From Spirochaetia bacterium (GTDB taxonomy: Bacteria; Spirochaetota; Spirochaetia; UBA9216), in NCBI GenBank assembly GCA_963675665.1, contig OY776510.1, positions 32,001 to 96,000 on the forward strand: a stretch of DNA of 64,000 nucleotides. The letters are read 5' to 3'. This document shows, piece by piece, positions 1 to 9,517 of the stretch. The position numbers and the translations under genes were made by a program. Each line of letters opens with the position of its first letter. The stretch's first letter is position 1. The notes below the pieces were generated by a model. That model saw only the letters and a program-made list of their open reading frames with translations. It made no database searches and was not told the DNA's origin.

Positions 1-223
1 ACTCGTTGAATATTGCCGGAACATCATCTTTCTGGATACATCCGGGTTCTTCCTTTTTTTGGGTACAGGCCATACAGCCTTTGCATCCGTTTACATTATA
101 ATCTACAATATCGATCCTCTTTACATTATGTCCCTGCTGTTTTATTTTTTCCTCAAAAAGCCCCAATACGGAAGCAGTTTTACCGTTTTTTTTCGGACTG
201 CCCAGAATAGTCAGAATTTTCAT
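1..223 (-). CDS. Flavodoxin-family / iron-sulfur flavoprotein (NADPH-dependent FMN reductase-like), 5' part; runs off the window edge
   Basis: Not in the ORF track. Manual translation from ATG at 223: MKILTILGSPKKNGKTASVL...NVNGCKGCMACTQKKEEPGCIQKDD, with a GSP..NG.T flavin loop and CxxCxxC..C; AAGGAG RBS at 229-234. Confidence 0.85.
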   Translation of the reverse strand, partial: MKILTILGSPKKNGKTASVLGLFEEKIKQQGHNVKRIDIVDYNVNGCKGCMACTQKKEEPGCIQKDDVPAIFNE

Positions 224-381
224 TTTTACTCCTTATGTTTTATGGTTTCTGATTATTTAGACACATTGAAAATCTGTTTGTGACCGGATATTAAATGAAA
301 TGATACAAATCACTCGTCAAACTGGTTTACACAGGATCTTGTATTTTCAAATATGATATCATAAGAACAATTTGGGGTTCA

Positions 382-807
382 CTATTCAGTCTTCTTCCAT
401 ATTAATTGTAATACCATGTTTTTATTTAAATCATTTTGTGGTATTGCTGTTGTAATCAAAATATTGCCTTTCACTTCAAATTTACTGTTATGACTCTCTT
501 CATTCATCAGATTCGGAAGAAAACTTGACATTACCATATGACAAACCACATCATCTTCAATTCGATATTTACCGGCATAAGCAATAAAATTTCTGGAAAT
601 TGCCAGACGTTCAGCATCAGAAATTCCCCGGGTTGCAGTTGAGGATACTTCCGGTCTGCCTTCTCCCGAAATAACACCGGACATATATCCATTTTCATGA
701 TATATTACCAAACCGTTTACGTCTCTTCCAAACGGATAACTTACAATTTTTTCTTTTTCTGTAAATGTTAGTGATTTTAATTCCCATGTTCCGACTATTT
801 CCGACAT
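382..807 (-). CDS. Lipocalin-like domain protein
   Basis: N-terminal IVGTWELKS, G.VIY.ENGYMS and AYAGKY motifs typical of bacterial lipocalin-like proteins. Confidence 0.75.
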   Translation of the reverse strand: MSEIVGTWELKSLTFTEKEKIVSYPFGRDVNGLVIYHENGYMSGVISGEGRPEVSSTATRGISDAERLAISRNFIAYAGKYRIEDDVVCHMVMSSFLPNLMNEESHNSKFEVKGNILITTAIPQNDLNKNMVLQLIWKKTE

Positions 808-809
808 TT

Positions 810-1688
810 TTAGCCTCCTTTTATGCTGCTCTCAATCGGAGATAATATTTTAATATTGGATTCGTCTATTTCAGGATCATCTAAAATAATTTTATTAATT
901 TTTTCAGCGACCAGTTTTCCTTTAACAGGATTTTTGACACTATTAATTGTTCCTATGATTTCTGCATCCAAATCTGAATACTCAAAACATAAATCAGCAT
1001 CCACCATCATACAATTTCTCATCACAAGATTCTCTGCATAACAAAGAGGCTGGGTCCCCATTATTACACAATCTATTAAGGTGAGATTTTTTGAATACCA
1101 CCCTAAATAAGCACCTTTCAATTCAGAATCATAAACTGTGACATTTTTCGAATTCCAGAAAGTATCTTTCGAGTCCAATTTGCAATTTTTAAGCACTACA
1201 TTTTCATTATTCTGAAAAGAATAATTCCCCGTCAAAGTCAGATTTTTGATTTCTATATTTCTGCTGAAATACAGTAAATAGTCACTATCTATGGAAGTAT
1301 CAAAAATATTAACATCTTTACAGTGCCACAGGATTTCCGCTCCATTTATTCTCGTATTTCGGAGACAAACCGCCTTCGAATCACGAAGAAACTTCGGGGC
1401 ATTTATTGTGCAGTTATTGATACTGACTCTGTCGGAATACCATACAGCGGCCCTGCATTCTTCATTAAAAGCACAATCTTTTATCTTCACTCCCCTGTTA
1501 TGCCATAAAGGATATTTACCCCAAAAACGGCATCTGTTTACAGAGATATCCATACACTCTTTTAATGCGGATTCACCTTCCTGAAAATCGCAATTAGAAA
1601 AGAATAGATTTTTGGTTTTAAACAGGGGGCGTTCCCCCTTGAATATTTGATTCTCATATAAAGAGTCATTACTTATGCTTGTTTTCAT
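810..1688 (-). CDS. DUF3737-family beta-helix protein
   Basis: GERPLF...GESALKEC...KYPLWH...SKDTFW...YLGWYS...GTQPLCY...DLCFEYS pattern. Confidence 0.85.
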   Translation of the reverse strand: MKTSISNDSLYENQIFKGERPLFKTKNLFFSNCDFQEGESALKECMDISVNRCRFWGKYPLWHNRGVKIKDCAFNEECRAAVWYSDRVSINNCTINAPKFLRDSKAVCLRNTRINGAEILWHCKDVNIFDTSIDSDYLLYFSRNIEIKNLTLTGNYSFQNNENVVLKNCKLDSKDTFWNSKNVTVYDSELKGAYLGWYSKNLTLIDCVIMGTQPLCYAENLVMRNCMMVDADLCFEYSDLDAEIIGTINSVKNPVKGKLVAEKINKIILDDPEIDESNIKILSPIESSIKGG

Positions 1689-1696
1689 TTCAAGAA

Positions 1697-2506
1697 TCAG
1701 CCCGCCATTCTTTTCAAAAGCGCGGTAAACATTGGAAAAGGCAGAATTTTACGGATTCTCCAGAACGTTTTTGCGTCACTTCCTGCCAGATACCTTAATC
1801 TGTCATTTTTATCCGTTGCTGCTCTGTAAATTTCTTTGGAAACCACAACCGGATCATTTAAACGATCACGCCTTTCTTCATACCCTTTCAACCGTTTATC
1901 AAGAGTTTCAGCATAAGATGGAACATCATCCTTCCTGACAATAATAGCATTAGATGCAAAATTGGTATTAATAGCACCAGGCTCAACAATTTTGATTTTA
2001 ATTCCCAGTTTTAATAATTCAAAGCGGATGGACTCACTAAATCCTTCAACGGCCCACTTTGCTGAAGCATAAAAACTGCTTAACGGCATACCAATCAATC
2101 CGCCGAGAGAACTTACATTGACTATAACCCCTTTCTCTTTTTCTCTGAATACAGGGATAATCTCTCGTGTAACATTCATAACACCGAAAACATCTACATC
2201 AAATAAATCCCTGATTTGTTCTGCTGTTGCACCTTCAAAAGCACCTGTCAGACTGTATGCTGCATTATTTACCAGAACATCAATGGTACCGAATTTCACT
2301 TTAATGCTTTGTATTGCAGATTTGATAGAATCAATATCAGTAACATCAAGTTTAAAACATGAAATATTGCCATACTTTTTTAATTCTTTCTCATTCTCCG
2401 GTGTTCGCATAGTTGCAGCAACATTCCAATTCTTTTCATGAAAGTAAATTGCTGTTCTTTTTCCTATACCGGAAGAAGCTCCTGTAATTAATACCGTTTT
2501 CTTCAT
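1697..2506 (-). CDS. Short-chain dehydrogenase/reductase
   Basis: TGASSGIG, NNAA and YASAK motifs. Confidence 0.92.
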   Translation of the reverse strand: MKKTVLITGASSGIGKRTAIYFHEKNWNVAATMRTPENEKELKKYGNISCFKLDVTDIDSIKSAIQSIKVKFGTIDVLVNNAAYSLTGAFEGATAEQIRDLFDVDVFGVMNVTREIIPVFREKEKGVIVNVSSLGGLIGMPLSSFYASAKWAVEGFSESIRFELLKLGIKIKIVEPGAINTNFASNAIIVRKDDVPSYAETLDKRLKGYEERRDRLNDPVVVSKEIYRAATDKNDRLRYLAGSDAKTFWRIRKILPFPMFTALLKRMAG

Positions 2507-2518
2507 AATTCTTCCTAT

Positions 2519-2537
2519 GTTAGTTCTACAAACTAAC
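2519..2537. promoter_or_regulatory. Palindromic operator candidate (MarR)
   Basis: GTTAGTT-CTACA-AACTAAC just upstream of the SDR gene; near copy at 2981-2999. Confidence 0.55.
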
Positions 2538-2552
2538 TAATGAGATAAAAAA

Positions 2553-2966
2553 TTATATTCTCTTTAACAAAGAGATTAAATTCTGAAGCTCTTTCGCTTC
2601 AAATTTTTCAGAAATTTCCCTTGAAAAATCTTCAAAAATCTTGTTATGTGATTCAATTATTTTTTTACTTTTCAAGGTAAGGCTTAAATGAAACACACGT
2701 CTATCATCGGGAGATCTGCTTTTTTTGACATACTCTCCTTTTATCATATTATCAATCATGATAGTAACAGTCGGCTTGCTTAGTTCCATATAGCCGGCTA
2801 ATTCCATAAAAGTAGGTTCTCCAAGCCTGGAAATAGATTCTATATACCTGTAATAAGAGAATGAAAAATCATCCAGCTGAATCTTTTTTATTTCGTTTTC
2901 TTTCAATTTGGATAATTTTTGTGAGATTCCCTGTAAAATAAATAACAATTCTTCATTGGTCTTCAT
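2553..2966 (-). CDS. MarR-family transcriptional regulator
   Basis: wHTH with ELAGYMELSKPTVT and SPDDRRVFHLSLT. Confidence 0.9.
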   Translation of the reverse strand: MKTNEELLFILQGISQKLSKLKENEIKKIQLDDFSFSYYRYIESISRLGEPTFMELAGYMELSKPTVTIMIDNMIKGEYVKKSRSPDDRRVFHLSLTLKSKKIIESHNKIFEDFSREISEKFEAKELQNLISLLKRI

Positions 2967-2980
2967 ATAAACTCATATTA

Positions 2981-2999
2981 GTTAGTTTTTAAAACTATA
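2981..2999. promoter_or_regulatory. Palindromic operator candidate upstream of marR
   Basis: GTTAGTT-TTTAA-AACTATA, matches the 2519-2537 site. Confidence 0.5.
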
Positions 3000-3032
3000 C
3001 ATAATTTCAAACCAAAAGTCAAGCAAAAATCA

Positions 3033-3083
3033 TACGGAAAAGGGGCCTCATTCCGAGACGGATGCGCTCCCTTTTCCGTTTTC
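3033..3083. terminator. Stem-loop downstream of the C45 hydrolase gene
   Basis: ACGGAAAAGGG...CCCTTTTCCGT inverted repeat. Confidence 0.5.
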
Positions 3084-3148
3084 AGTCTACATTATTACAT
3101 CCGACAACTTTACCATGAATTGCTTCGCAGCTTCTTCCCGAAAAGCAA

Positions 3149-5302
3149 TTAAATTCCCCAGTCAAGAGATTCATAATCGGAAGGCTCCAGCAGCTCCAGG
3201 GCCGTCCTTGCCTTAACCTGCGCTTTTATAAAACAGCGGATTGATTCAGCAATCAGACCCAATCCGGCGCTGCCGTAGTCAGGATCATCAAAGGCCCCTG
3301 ATGGTATGTTGATTTTATCCCTGCCTTCCTGTAAAAGGGATTTGCCGTTATTCAGTATATCCTTTATATAAATCAGTGAATTTCTATTGGTTACCCGGTG
3401 TTTTTCTTTCGCCAGAATTTTCTCAACAGTAATGATATCGTTTGCAGCTACTTCTTCAGCATATTTCATTGCCGTTTCCGGGCTTTCAGCAAGTTTCATT
3501 TCCCAAAATGCGTTTGAAGAATTATACATGGGACAAAAACTTGCCAGGAAAGGGCTGCTCGGATTAATGCCGCGTCTGGCCTCCCCGATACATACCGAGA
3601 ATATGCCGTTATCTCCATTGTCCGGTTTTGTTACTGTAATTACACCGTTACTGGAATTTCCGATTGAAGCCTGTCCCCATGATCCGCTTTTTTTATACTT
3701 CCTGTTCAGCTGTTTCCATGAATCTTCCGGCATTTCCGCTGAACTTCGATACATCTTTTTCATATATTCCATGTCGATTTTGCCTTTCCGGCTGTCAAGC
3801 ATATTAAAACTGTAGTTATTCCTTTTACGGGAACCGGCGTACATTCCCCTTAAAGACCACGCGGCCTGGGCTTCTCCTCCTTTAAAAAGAGCGGCCAGCG
3901 TGAAACCTTCAACATTCTCTGGATACCATCCGCCGTGTTCATCCCAATGCCAGTCCTTACTGCTCTTCTGATCTATCTTCATCCAGCCGGCCTGCGACGC
4001 TTCTTTATGCATGGCGCTGTTATTCGCATATAAAAAATCTTTCTCACCCATATGCCCTGCTTCCCTGCATATGACGGGATCTTTTCTGCTTTCGAGGACA
4101 TATCCGTAGTTCCTGTCGGCATAGAACCCGCCTATTGTGCCGTTATCCATTCCCGCATCGCCGACAGGCCAGCCCTTTTCCATTTCCCTTGCCTGTTCGG
4201 CAGAATCGGCGAACCTGAGAATATGGAGAACAGAAGCTGCCCTGCGTAATCCGTATCCCCAGTATTTTTTAGGCTCTATTGATCGGGGCTGACCACCGTG
4301 TTCAATATAGGCCAGCCCCTTATTGTTTATCCCCGGAAAACCGAACATATGCTGGCTGCCGACCAGGGTAATATCGCCCACAGCGGAAAAAGTTACATAC
4401 ATGAAATTGTTTCCCGTATCCGGAAAAGCCGTTATTACAACAGGAAAACTGGGGTCGTGATCTCCGGAAGAACCGGTGACCAGTTCGTCGTCTGAAGTTG
4501 ACGTTCCCCAGGCAGCCACTCCCGAACATGCTATGGGCGGCGGAGCATCCGAAATCTTGTCTCCTCGCCCCATATAAGTCTTTCTGGGCGGCACATGGCC
4601 TGTCCAGATCTCCAGAACATCGTTATACGACATGGGAATACCAAGATCATTTGCACCGTCTTTCCAGCCCCTGCACATCTCAATTATTTCAGGGGTATGT
4701 TCCTTCATCTGCTTTTCCCACTCGCTGACGATTTTTAAGGCTTCGTCCGAAAAAATCCTTCCTGTCTTTTTTTCCAGGATCCAGCGGCCGAAAATTTTTA
4801 CAACCTGTTGGGCATACTGACGTCCCATATCATAGGAAGACCCCTTCAGGGTAATAACAGGGCATGTTTCCGGCACAACAGGAGCAGATTCAAAAAAATC
4901 AATTTCGGTATCCAAAGACGTCAATTCAGGCGGCATATACTGCATTGCCGTTTCCGAACCTGATTCGACTATATCAAGCAGTTCCTTTGCCTTTTTTATA
5001 CACAGATTGAACGCAGACAGCGCCATTCGCCAGTTGTCATTGTTCTTCGTTACAATTCCTGCTGAAGAATACCATCTGGCCCTTGAGCTCAGCAGCGCCA
5101 GATAATTAAATTCCTTTACTCTCATAACATAAACAGGATCGTTAATATCTATTCGTGATATTTTCATATTTATCCTGCCTAATAACATTTTAACCTGACT
5201 GAATTTCGAAAAGGCTTTCATATAATTTACATTTTTAAGCATCCACTTTGTTCTCGTTGTTGTTCGGCCTATTTTCTGGCCCCGTAAATATTTATAATCC
5301 AT
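3149..5302 (-). CDS. C45-family autoproteolytic Ntn-hydrolase/acyltransferase with long N- and C-terminal extensions
   Basis: LKGSSYDMGRQY, IIEMCRGWKDGA, putative cleavage-site Cys in PIAC|SGVAAWG, PGINNKGL. Confidence 0.7.
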   Translation of the reverse strand: MDYKYLRGQKIGRTTTRTKWMLKNVNYMKAFSKFSQVKMLLGRINMKISRIDINDPVYVMRVKEFNYLALLSSRARWYSSAGIVTKNNDNWRMALSAFNLCIKKAKELLDIVESGSETAMQYMPPELTSLDTEIDFFESAPVVPETCPVITLKGSSYDMGRQYAQQVVKIFGRWILEKKTGRIFSDEALKIVSEWEKQMKEHTPEIIEMCRGWKDGANDLGIPMSYNDVLEIWTGHVPPRKTYMGRGDKISDAPPPIACSGVAAWGTSTSDDELVTGSSGDHDPSFPVVITAFPDTGNNFMYVTFSAVGDITLVGSQHMFGFPGINNKGLAYIEHGGQPRSIEPKKYWGYGLRRAASVLHILRFADSAEQAREMEKGWPVGDAGMDNGTIGGFYADRNYGYVLESRKDPVICREAGHMGEKDFLYANNSAMHKEASQAGWMKIDQKSSKDWHWDEHGGWYPENVEGFTLAALFKGGEAQAAWSLRGMYAGSRKRNNYSFNMLDSRKGKIDMEYMKKMYRSSAEMPEDSWKQLNRKYKKSGSWGQASIGNSSNGVITVTKPDNGDNGIFSVCIGEARRGINPSSPFLASFCPMYNSSNAFWEMKLAESPETAMKYAEEVAANDIITVEKILAKEKHRVTNRNSLIYIKDILNNGKSLLQEGRDKINIPSGAFDDPDYGSAGLGLIAESIRCFIKAQVKARTALELLEPSDYESLDWGI

Positions 5303-5349
5303 ACTGAAACTCTCCTGCTAAAAAACGGCTGTTGGAAGCATTAAATAGC

Positions 5350-5772
5350 CTACACTTTCTCTATTATCTGCCGTATCGTCTGAACAGCATCAGCAAGCCT
5401 GTCCATTTCAGAACTGTCAAGTTTTTCCAGATGTGAACTTATATTCTTCATCCTTAACTGACGCTCATTCTCAATAACAGCGGCACCCTTTTTTGTAATT
5501 TCAATATTTATCTTTCTCCTGTCGTTTGAGCTTCTTTCACGTTTTATAAATCCATCTTTTTCGAGTTTATCAACCAGAAACGTTATATTTCCCTTGGTTA
5601 CCCGAAGATGTTCTCCAATCATGTTCATAGGCAGCGGCCCGTCCCTGTAAAGAACAGCCAAAACAGCATTGCGGCTGTTTGTTGACAATAATACCGGGTC
5701 AGCCTCTTCCCTAATCAGGTTTTTATAAATCAGACCGAAAAGATCCGATATCTGACTTGATATATATTCCAA
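5350..5772 (-). CDS. MarR-family transcriptional regulator
   Basis: TKGNITFLVDKLEKDGFIKRERSSNDRR; TTG start with GGAGG RBS. Confidence 0.9.
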   Translation of the reverse strand: MEYISSQISDLFGLIYKNLIREEADPVLLSTNSRNAVLAVLYRDGPLPMNMIGEHLRVTKGNITFLVDKLEKDGFIKRERSSNDRRKINIEITKKGAAVIENERQLRMKNISSHLEKLDSSEMDRLADAVQTIRQIIEKV

Positions 5773-5892
5773 CAGATTCCTCCTCTTGAAAGTTTAATCA
5801 ATTAATTGTACAACTCTTAAACCATTTAACCATTAAATAGTACAACTATTACATCTTATTGTCAAGAAAATGAAGAATATATGGAGGAAACA

Positions 5893-7089
5893 ATGAAAAA
5901 AAATAATAACGGCATGTTTGCACTTTCATTATCGCTGGTTGTGGTAATGATCGGGTTTGGAGTAGTCATACCTGTTTTCCCGCTGTTTATTGATAAACTG
6001 GGAGCATCCGGCATACAGCTGGGATTTTTAACGGCAACCTATGCTGTAACCCAGTTCATTTTTGCACCGATATGGGGAACTGTATCGGACAGAACAGGCC
6101 GAAAACCCATAATGGTTATAGGTATGGCCGGGAATGCCGTAACAATGTTACTAATGGGGTTATCACATGAATTGTGGCAGGTATATATCATACGCGCACT
6201 ATCGGGAATTTTATCATCGGCAACAATGCCTTCTGTAATGGCATACGCCAGCGACAACACATCCGAGGATGAAAGGAATTTGAAAATAGGCAGGCTGATG
6301 GGGGCTATGGGTATCGGGGTAATTATCGGCCCGGGTATCGGCGGATGGCTTTCCGAACTGTTTTTTTCACTGCCGTTTTATATTTCCGCCGTACTGTCAC
6401 TGGTTTCAGTAATTTTGATCATAATAACGGTTTCAGAATCGGAAAAACCTGTTATGCCTGAAAAAAACAGGATTAACGAACAGAAAAGCGGAAAATTTCC
6501 CGATATAAAATCTTTATCCGGATCGGTTAACGGCATTATCGGAATTTTATTATTTTTGATTTTCCTGATGAGTTTTGCCCTTACCAGCTTTCAGGGAATA
6601 TTCGGATTATATACTTTGAAGAAATTCGGGTACGGGCCCAGGGAAATGGGTACAATACTTGTAATAATGGGGGTCATTTCAACCTCGGCACAGTATATTC
6701 TAACCGGCCCGGTAACCAAAAAAATCGGGGAAAGAAGAATTATCATTTATTCCCTGCTTCTTGCTTCGATAATGTATCCGGTCTTTACAATAGTTTCCGG
6801 GATGACGGGAATCCTCGTTGTTATCGCGTTATTTATTTTCGCATTGGCGCTGCTGCGGCCTTCCATAACAACGATGATTTCGAAATATTCTGCCGGGACT
6901 TCAGGCAGGGCTATGGGATTAAGCAATTCGGCAATGAGCCTCGGAAGAATTGCAGGTCCAATCCTCGCAGGGGCTTTATTCGACTATAACATCAACCTGC
7001 CTTTTTACAGCGGAGCTGTGATTATGCTGGGAGGATTTATTTTTTCATTCTTTTTCCTGAAGGACCGTGCTTACAAGGGCATTCCATAG
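5893..7089 (+). CDS. MFS drug:H+ antiporter (TetA/Blt-like)
   Basis: About 12 hydrophobic segments, motif A GTVSDRTGRKP; ATG at 5893 preceded by GGAGG. Confidence 0.9.
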   Translation: MKKNNNGMFALSLSLVVVMIGFGVVIPVFPLFIDKLGASGIQLGFLTATYAVTQFIFAPIWGTVSDRTGRKPIMVIGMAGNAVTMLLMGLSHELWQVYIIRALSGILSSATMPSVMAYASDNTSEDERNLKIGRLMGAMGIGVIIGPGIGGWLSELFFSLPFYISAVLSLVSVILIIITVSESEKPVMPEKNRINEQKSGKFPDIKSLSGSVNGIIGILLFLIFLMSFALTSFQGIFGLYTLKKFGYGPREMGTILVIMGVISTSAQYILTGPVTKKIGERRIIIYSLLLASIMYPVFTIVSGMTGILVVIALFIFALALLRPSITTMISKYSAGTSGRAMGLSNSAMSLGRIAGPILAGALFDYNINLPFYSGAVIMLGGFIFSFFFLKDRAYKGIP

Positions 7090-8109
7090 TTTTATTGCAT
7101 AATAGATCGGGGCATGACAGTCAAGTTTCATCTTGATAATCTTATCGAGGTTTCCGAAATAATCATTCCATTCGCCTGCAGCCGAGTTTATATGTGTTCC
7201 CCATTCAGAAACAAGATTCTTTGCAGATGAGGGGCTTTTTAATTGTTTCAGGCTGGAGAATGATAACCTGGCGGTGTCTTTTAACTGGTTCTTTATGGTT
7301 GTTTCAGCTTCATTTTTCTGTTTTTTCAGATCAAATTTTTCTCTTCTGAATTCAATTTCTCCGTTATCCCTGATAAATACCGGCATACCGATATGCCGGA
7401 ATGAGTTCTTTCCGTTTCCGGTTTCAGGAGGGATCCTGACTATGGGATCTCCCATGTTTTCAATCCGAAAGACAGATCGGCCTGCAAACAAATCCGCAAA
7501 GCTGCCGTTTCCTATCCTCGGAGAACCGAAAAGATACAGGCCTGTCGCGCCCTTGAGGCGCTCAAATGCTATAGCGGCAAGCGCTGCTCCGAGGCTGTGT
7601 CCGGTTATCCATAATGGCCGCTTCGGAACCTCATTACAAAGCCTGTTTATAAAATACTCAAGCCCAGCTTCTCCCGGCCATATCTCTCCGATTGCCGCGA
7701 GGAACCCCTTATGAATACGCCCTCCTCCCGGGTAATCAACCATGGAAGCATTTAGGTCCGTAAGAATTTCGCTTACAGCAGAAACACTTTTAAGTTCAGT
7801 CCCCCTGAAACTTAAAATTATATTGCTCTCATTCCAGGATACAAAACATTCGGTTGTCTTACCGCCGAAAAACCTGAAGCCTGAATAACCGGCAAGCTTG
7901 TAAGCCATCCGTGAATATCCGGGATGATTATAGGCGAGAAATGAAGCCTCAGCCAGATACCAGGCATTCACAGGAGAATAATCATGCTTATCCGGTTCAA
8001 ACGGAAAGGCTTCCATATTTTCAAAGTATATATAATTCATGTCCGGAGGCAGTACCGGATATTGTTCCGGATCAGGCAACGTTTTTGGTTCGGGTTTATT
8101 TTTAGTCAT
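7045..8109 (-). CDS. Class 3 lipase family protein
   Basis: SFRGTE, IHKGF, ITGHSLG, FGSPRIG, GDPIVRIP. Confidence 0.9.
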   Translation of the reverse strand: MTKNKPEPKTLPDPEQYPVLPPDMNYIYFENMEAFPFEPDKHDYSPVNAWYLAEASFLAYNHPGYSRMAYKLAGYSGFRFFGGKTTECFVSWNESNIILSFRGTELKSVSAVSEILTDLNASMVDYPGGGRIHKGFLAAIGEIWPGEAGLEYFINRLCNEVPKRPLWITGHSLGAALAAIAFERLKGATGLYLFGSPRIGNGSFADLFAGRSVFRIENMGDPIVRIPPETGNGKNSFRHIGMPVFIRDNGEIEFRREKFDLKKQKNEAETTIKNQLKDTARLSFSSLKQLKSPSSAKNLVSEWGTHINSAAGEWNDYFGNLDKIIKMKLDCHAPIYYAIKLWNALVSTVLQEKE

Positions 8110-8199
8110 GTTTTTCACCTTTTAATCATTTCAATTTACCGATAATTAAATTAGTTAAAAAAATAATCGACATCTTATAACTTATTATATTATAAATAT

Positions 8200-8679
8200 A
8201 TGATGGACGCAGGAGTTATTAATCCTTTTCTTAACTCAACAATTAATTTATTTGAACGAATGTACGGTATTGAACCGTCAAACGGAGCTCCATTTATCGT
8301 CGAAGCAAATAAAAATCACAGGTGGGAAATTTCCGGCATAATAGGAATTGTCGGAGAAAGCAGGGGCATAGTAGTGCTGCGCATTACTACCATTCTTGCA
8401 GTAAAACTTTTAGAGAAATCCGGGCTCACCATTCAGAACCAAAATGAACGTCCCAAATTAATAAACGAGATGATTGGTGAATTTGTCAATATTATTTCAG
8501 GGAATGCTCTTCCTGAACTTGGTAATAAAAACATTGAGTTGACGCCTCCGTTTACAGTACAGGGCAAAAACCATTCAATTTCCTGGCCTAGTAAAACCCC
8601 GATAATCGGAGTTCCTTTCAGTACCAGTTCAGGACCCTTTGAAGTTCAGATAAGCATTTCAGGTTCCGGGAGTATATAA
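8200..8679 (+). CDS. cheX: Chemotaxis phosphatase CheX
   Basis: INPFLNS, ISGIIGIVG, IGEFVNIISGNA (ExxN), PPFTVQG. Confidence 0.85.
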   Translation: MMDAGVINPFLNSTINLFERMYGIEPSNGAPFIVEANKNHRWEISGIIGIVGESRGIVVLRITTILAVKLLEKSGLTIQNQNERPKLINEMIGEFVNIISGNALPELGNKNIELTPPFTVQGKNHSISWPSKTPIIGVPFSTSSGPFEVQISISGSGSI

Positions 8680-9161
8680 TGAATTCTTCTTTTTACAGTG
8701 TTATAACAGAAAAAACTACAGTTTTTTTTAATACTGTTTTCGGCCAGGAAATCAAAGCTTATGAATCGTTCCAACTACAGGACCCGGGCAGCGATAACTG
8801 GGAAATTTCCGGTATTATTGGAGCAACCGGCTCCTGCCGTGGAATAATCGCAGTCCGCCTGAATTATTCGCTTGCTGAAATGTTATTAAAAAAATCCAGA
8901 CTGAATATGTCGGAAGTCACCCAACAGTGGCGGATGACAAACGATATGATTGGAGAAATAGCCAATGTTATTGCCGGCAATGTCCTTTCCGAATTAATTA
9001 TTGATAAATTCAGACTATCCATTCCTGTCACAATACAGGGAGAGGGGCACACCATATCCTGGCCCGATGATGCAGAAATTACAGTATTCCCTTTTATCGC
9101 CGAAGAACACAGGTTTGAAATCCAGACCGCGCTTATCTGCGACAGCATGTGCAGCAACTGA
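8679..9161 (+). CDS. cheX: Second CheX-family protein
   Basis: ISGIIGATG, IGEIANVIAGN, IPVTIQGEGHTISWP; TAATG overlap with the upstream paralog. Confidence 0.8.
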   Translation: MNSSFYSVITEKTTVFFNTVFGQEIKAYESFQLQDPGSDNWEISGIIGATGSCRGIIAVRLNYSLAEMLLKKSRLNMSEVTQQWRMTNDMIGEIANVIAGNVLSELIIDKFRLSIPVTIQGEGHTISWPDDAEITVFPFIAEEHRFEIQTALICDSMCSN

Positions 9162-9173
9162 TTACTAAAACTT

Positions 9174-9506
9174 TTACTTCAATTGGACAGCTGCTTCCGC
9201 AATCAGTTTTTTGATGTCCTCCGAAGTCACTTCGTATTTTGATGTTTCTTTCATTCCAGGTTTTTCATCGACTGCCAGAATATCTGCAATATGCATATCT
9301 ATTACCGCTGCCGGTTTAATACCGGTACATTTCGTGAGTTCCGCTTCAAGTTTGGGGTTGGGGCCGATGGCTCCGCCGCTTATCGATACAAATGAATAAC
9401 CGGATATCATTTGCTTTATTTCCTTGATACCAGCCTTCAGCGGAGCGGCAATACGTCCCATCCAGACCGGATCGACAAAAATAATATTGAAAAAAGTTAA
9501 ACCTTT
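9174..9506 (-). pseudogene. 5'-truncated flavodoxin-like gene
   Basis: Frame reads IIFVDPVWMGRIAAPL...YSFVSISGGA..PNPKL upstream of the track ATG, then hits TGA at 9507-9509 with no N-terminus. Confidence 0.45.
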
Positions 9507-9517
9507 TCACTCAATTT

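Noticed and set aside
13-283. Two short plus-strand ORFs in the track
   Set aside because: Shadows of the minus-strand flavoprotein gene starting at 223
7045-7089. 45-bp convergent overlap of MFS and lipase (also short overlaps at 20100-20107 and 38913-38923)
   Set aside because: Short 3' overlaps of convergent genes are common; no further signal
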